DNA of 63,804 nt, counting the filler. It is 9 parts of 9 records of this genome, joined end to end, with 100 filler letters (N's around TTAATTAATTAA, not from the genome) between each part and the next. Parts side by side here need not be neighbours in the genome. Positions count along the whole stretch, not along the records: positions 58,653 to 63,804 come from SRR31147125_42665; 8 more parts are not named here. One strand, given 5' to 3'. The position numbers and the translations under genes were made by a program. Every line of letters starts with the position of its first letter. The stretch's first letter is position 1. Under the pieces are notes generated by a model. It ran no database searches and was not told the DNA's origin. It saw nothing but the letters and a program-made list of their open reading frames with translations. Below, piece by piece: positions 62,494 to 63,804 of this stretch.

Positions 62494-63804
62494 TCAGTAG
62501 AAATCTACATCCAGTTTAAATGGACCTTTTAGTTCCTGATTCGATGAATTAACGTATGTGTCGACAACTATCCAATATCTGCCCGGATAGACATCCGCAG
62601 TCAATTCTATATTGTTTCTGTTAAGACAAGCAAGATTGCTGTTGCCTTCCAAAAGATGAATATCGGCATCCACTAAATCACCTGAAATATCATCCAGTTT
62701 GAGATGCAGTGTTCCATCATTTGTGATGTCTAGCACATAATAGAATTCCGGACCACTTTCATTGGTTGATGTGTCGCAGTTGTATGTGTCGAAGTAGTCG
62801 GAAGTCGCATTGTTCAGGTTTTTCGAGTCGGAATAGGGCAATATATCGATAACAAATGGGCATTCACGGCTGCCGTTTTCTGTGCATGGATTAAAAGCTC
62901 TCGGATCAATATCCCGTACATCAATAAGATAATAATCTATCGGATCATTGAGGTTTGTCCATGCGTTCGTAATGAACTCAGTCCAGTTATTCATTCCGGG
63001 GATAGTCTGACAACCTGCAGTCCAGTAATATGTAGGAGATGTCCAGAGTGGAGCATTTACCGCTGCTAGGTGGATATTGTGTGCCGAACCTACCCGATAA
63101 TGATCTTGTTCACCCAAAGGTGGCAACCAACCGTTTCTGTCGGAATCCCAATGTCCGTTATTGTTTGTTTCATCTCTAACCTGATAACCGGTACTTTTAA
63201 TCTTTAAAGCATTATAGTCTTTATGCCAGTTGTTTCTGTACTCGTAAACTCTGTTCGGTTTCAGGTGGCTGCTGTTATTGTCTCCATAATCCTGCGGACC
63301 TGACTCGGTGCTGGCATGGAATTCTTTAACTCTTTTCTTGTTATTGTTATCTCGCCAGAACAGCACTATCGTATCGTTGAATCGATCCGGTTGGTTGTCA
63401 TTATATCGTATTTGTCCGGGATGCGATCCTCTCAGACTCATGACGAATCGTTTTCCCGGTGTTTCGTTCAGGATTGTTCCGGTGGTTTTCTCGACGATGT
63501 TCCGGTAAAGATCGTAAGCTTCGGCTTCAGTCAGATCGACTGCTTCACCGGGTAGTTCAAAGCATCTTGTGCCTGTGCCCCAGTCTTTGGCTCTGTCAAA
63601 TAATGGCATGTTGTCCGTGTAGGTCGGCATAACCAAATCGCGTGAATCACGAGAATTATCAGCAGTTTGTGTTATGTGGTAGGCAGGAGGGTCAGGTTCC
63701 GGATGAACAATTGCGCCGATCAGATTTTCATCTTTGTAGAATCTTGATTTTACATTATCAACTTTTGGATAGCTTCTCTTTTTGTCATACACAAAAGGGT
63801 AGTA
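62494..63804 (-). CDS. Secreted protein with YkuD/L,D-transpeptidase-like catalytic motif and C-terminal PPC-like domain (5' truncated)
   Basis: HNIH-x16-TAGCQ; C-terminal SGPEFYY...DADIHLL...PGRYWIVVD; frame open to 63804. Confidence 0.65.
   Translation of the reverse strand, partial: YYPFVYDKKRSYPKVDNVKSRFYKDENLIGAIVHPEPDPPAYHITQTADNSRDSRDLVMPTYTDNMPLFDRAKDWGTGTRCFELPGEAVDLTEAEAYDLYRNIVEKTTGTILNETPGKRFVMSLRGSHPGQIRYNDNQPDRFNDTIVLFWRDNNNKKRVKEFHASTESGPQDYGDNNSSHLKPNRVYEYRNNWHKDYNALKIKSTGYQVRDETNNNGHWDSDRNGWLPPLGEQDHYRVGSAHNIHLAAVNAPLWTSPTYYWTAGCQTIPGMNNWTEFITNAWTNLNDPIDYYLIDVRDIDPRAFNPCTENGSRECPFVIDILPYSDSKNLNNATSDYFDTYNCDTSTNESGPEFYYVLDITNDGTLHLKLDDISGDLVDADIHLLEGNSNLACLNRNNIELTADVYPGRYWIVVDTYVNSSNQELKGPFKLDVDFY

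Noticed and set aside
102..63555. Numerous short ORFs antisense to or overlapping the assigned genes (e.g. 102-395, 8556-8870, 15352-15801, 36138-36530, 48565-48978, 54606-55136)
   Set aside because: Shadow frames of well-supported genes, with no recognisable motifs or initiation signals

Overview
This window is not one locus. It is nine unrelated contig fragments joined by eight identical 100-bp artificial spacers (44 N + TTAATTAATTAA + 44 N), apparently from several organisms of a metagenome, so gene neighbourhood is meaningful only within a fragment. Taxon labels are inferences from gene content. (1) 1-8128, FCB-group-like: typA, a Cys-rich PAS-like protein, and an operon of a beta-propeller/FlgD-Ig protein, two PorV-like barrels, a lipoprotein and a serine hydrolase. 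(2) 8229-14250: accA end, trm112-like, HNH, scpA, scpB, rluB, cmk, ispH, rpsA. (3) 14351-26546, Bacteroidota: polysaccharide utilisation locus (PUL) with GH27, tandem susCD-susCD and an accessory lipoprotein. (4) 26647-35843, spore-forming Firmicute: YfcC-type transporter, a Zn-phospholipase-C-like/GT4 glycosyltransferase fusion, pspC, an LRR/B-repeat LPATA surface protein with a class D sortase, and the end of sigG. (5) 35944-41147, Firmicute: two IS remnants and a large LRR surface protein. (6) 41248-47954: CDP-3,6-dideoxyhexose cluster (rfbF, rfbG, rfbH, reductase). (7) 48055-53449 and (9) 58653-63804, delta/Myxococcota-like: hybrid kinases, M29 aminopeptidase, hemolysin III, and a YkuD-like secreted protein. 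(8) 53550-58552: podovirus-type tail and ejection genes. No rRNA, tRNA or CRISPR array was found. Many frameshifts fall in homopolymers and look like sequencing errors. The best candidates for new biology are the PLC-GT4 fusion (possible one-protein phospholipid-to-glycolipid remodelling), the YkuD-like/PPC secreted protein and a Trm112 with an inserted second Cys cluster. None can be shown to be undescribed without database searches.
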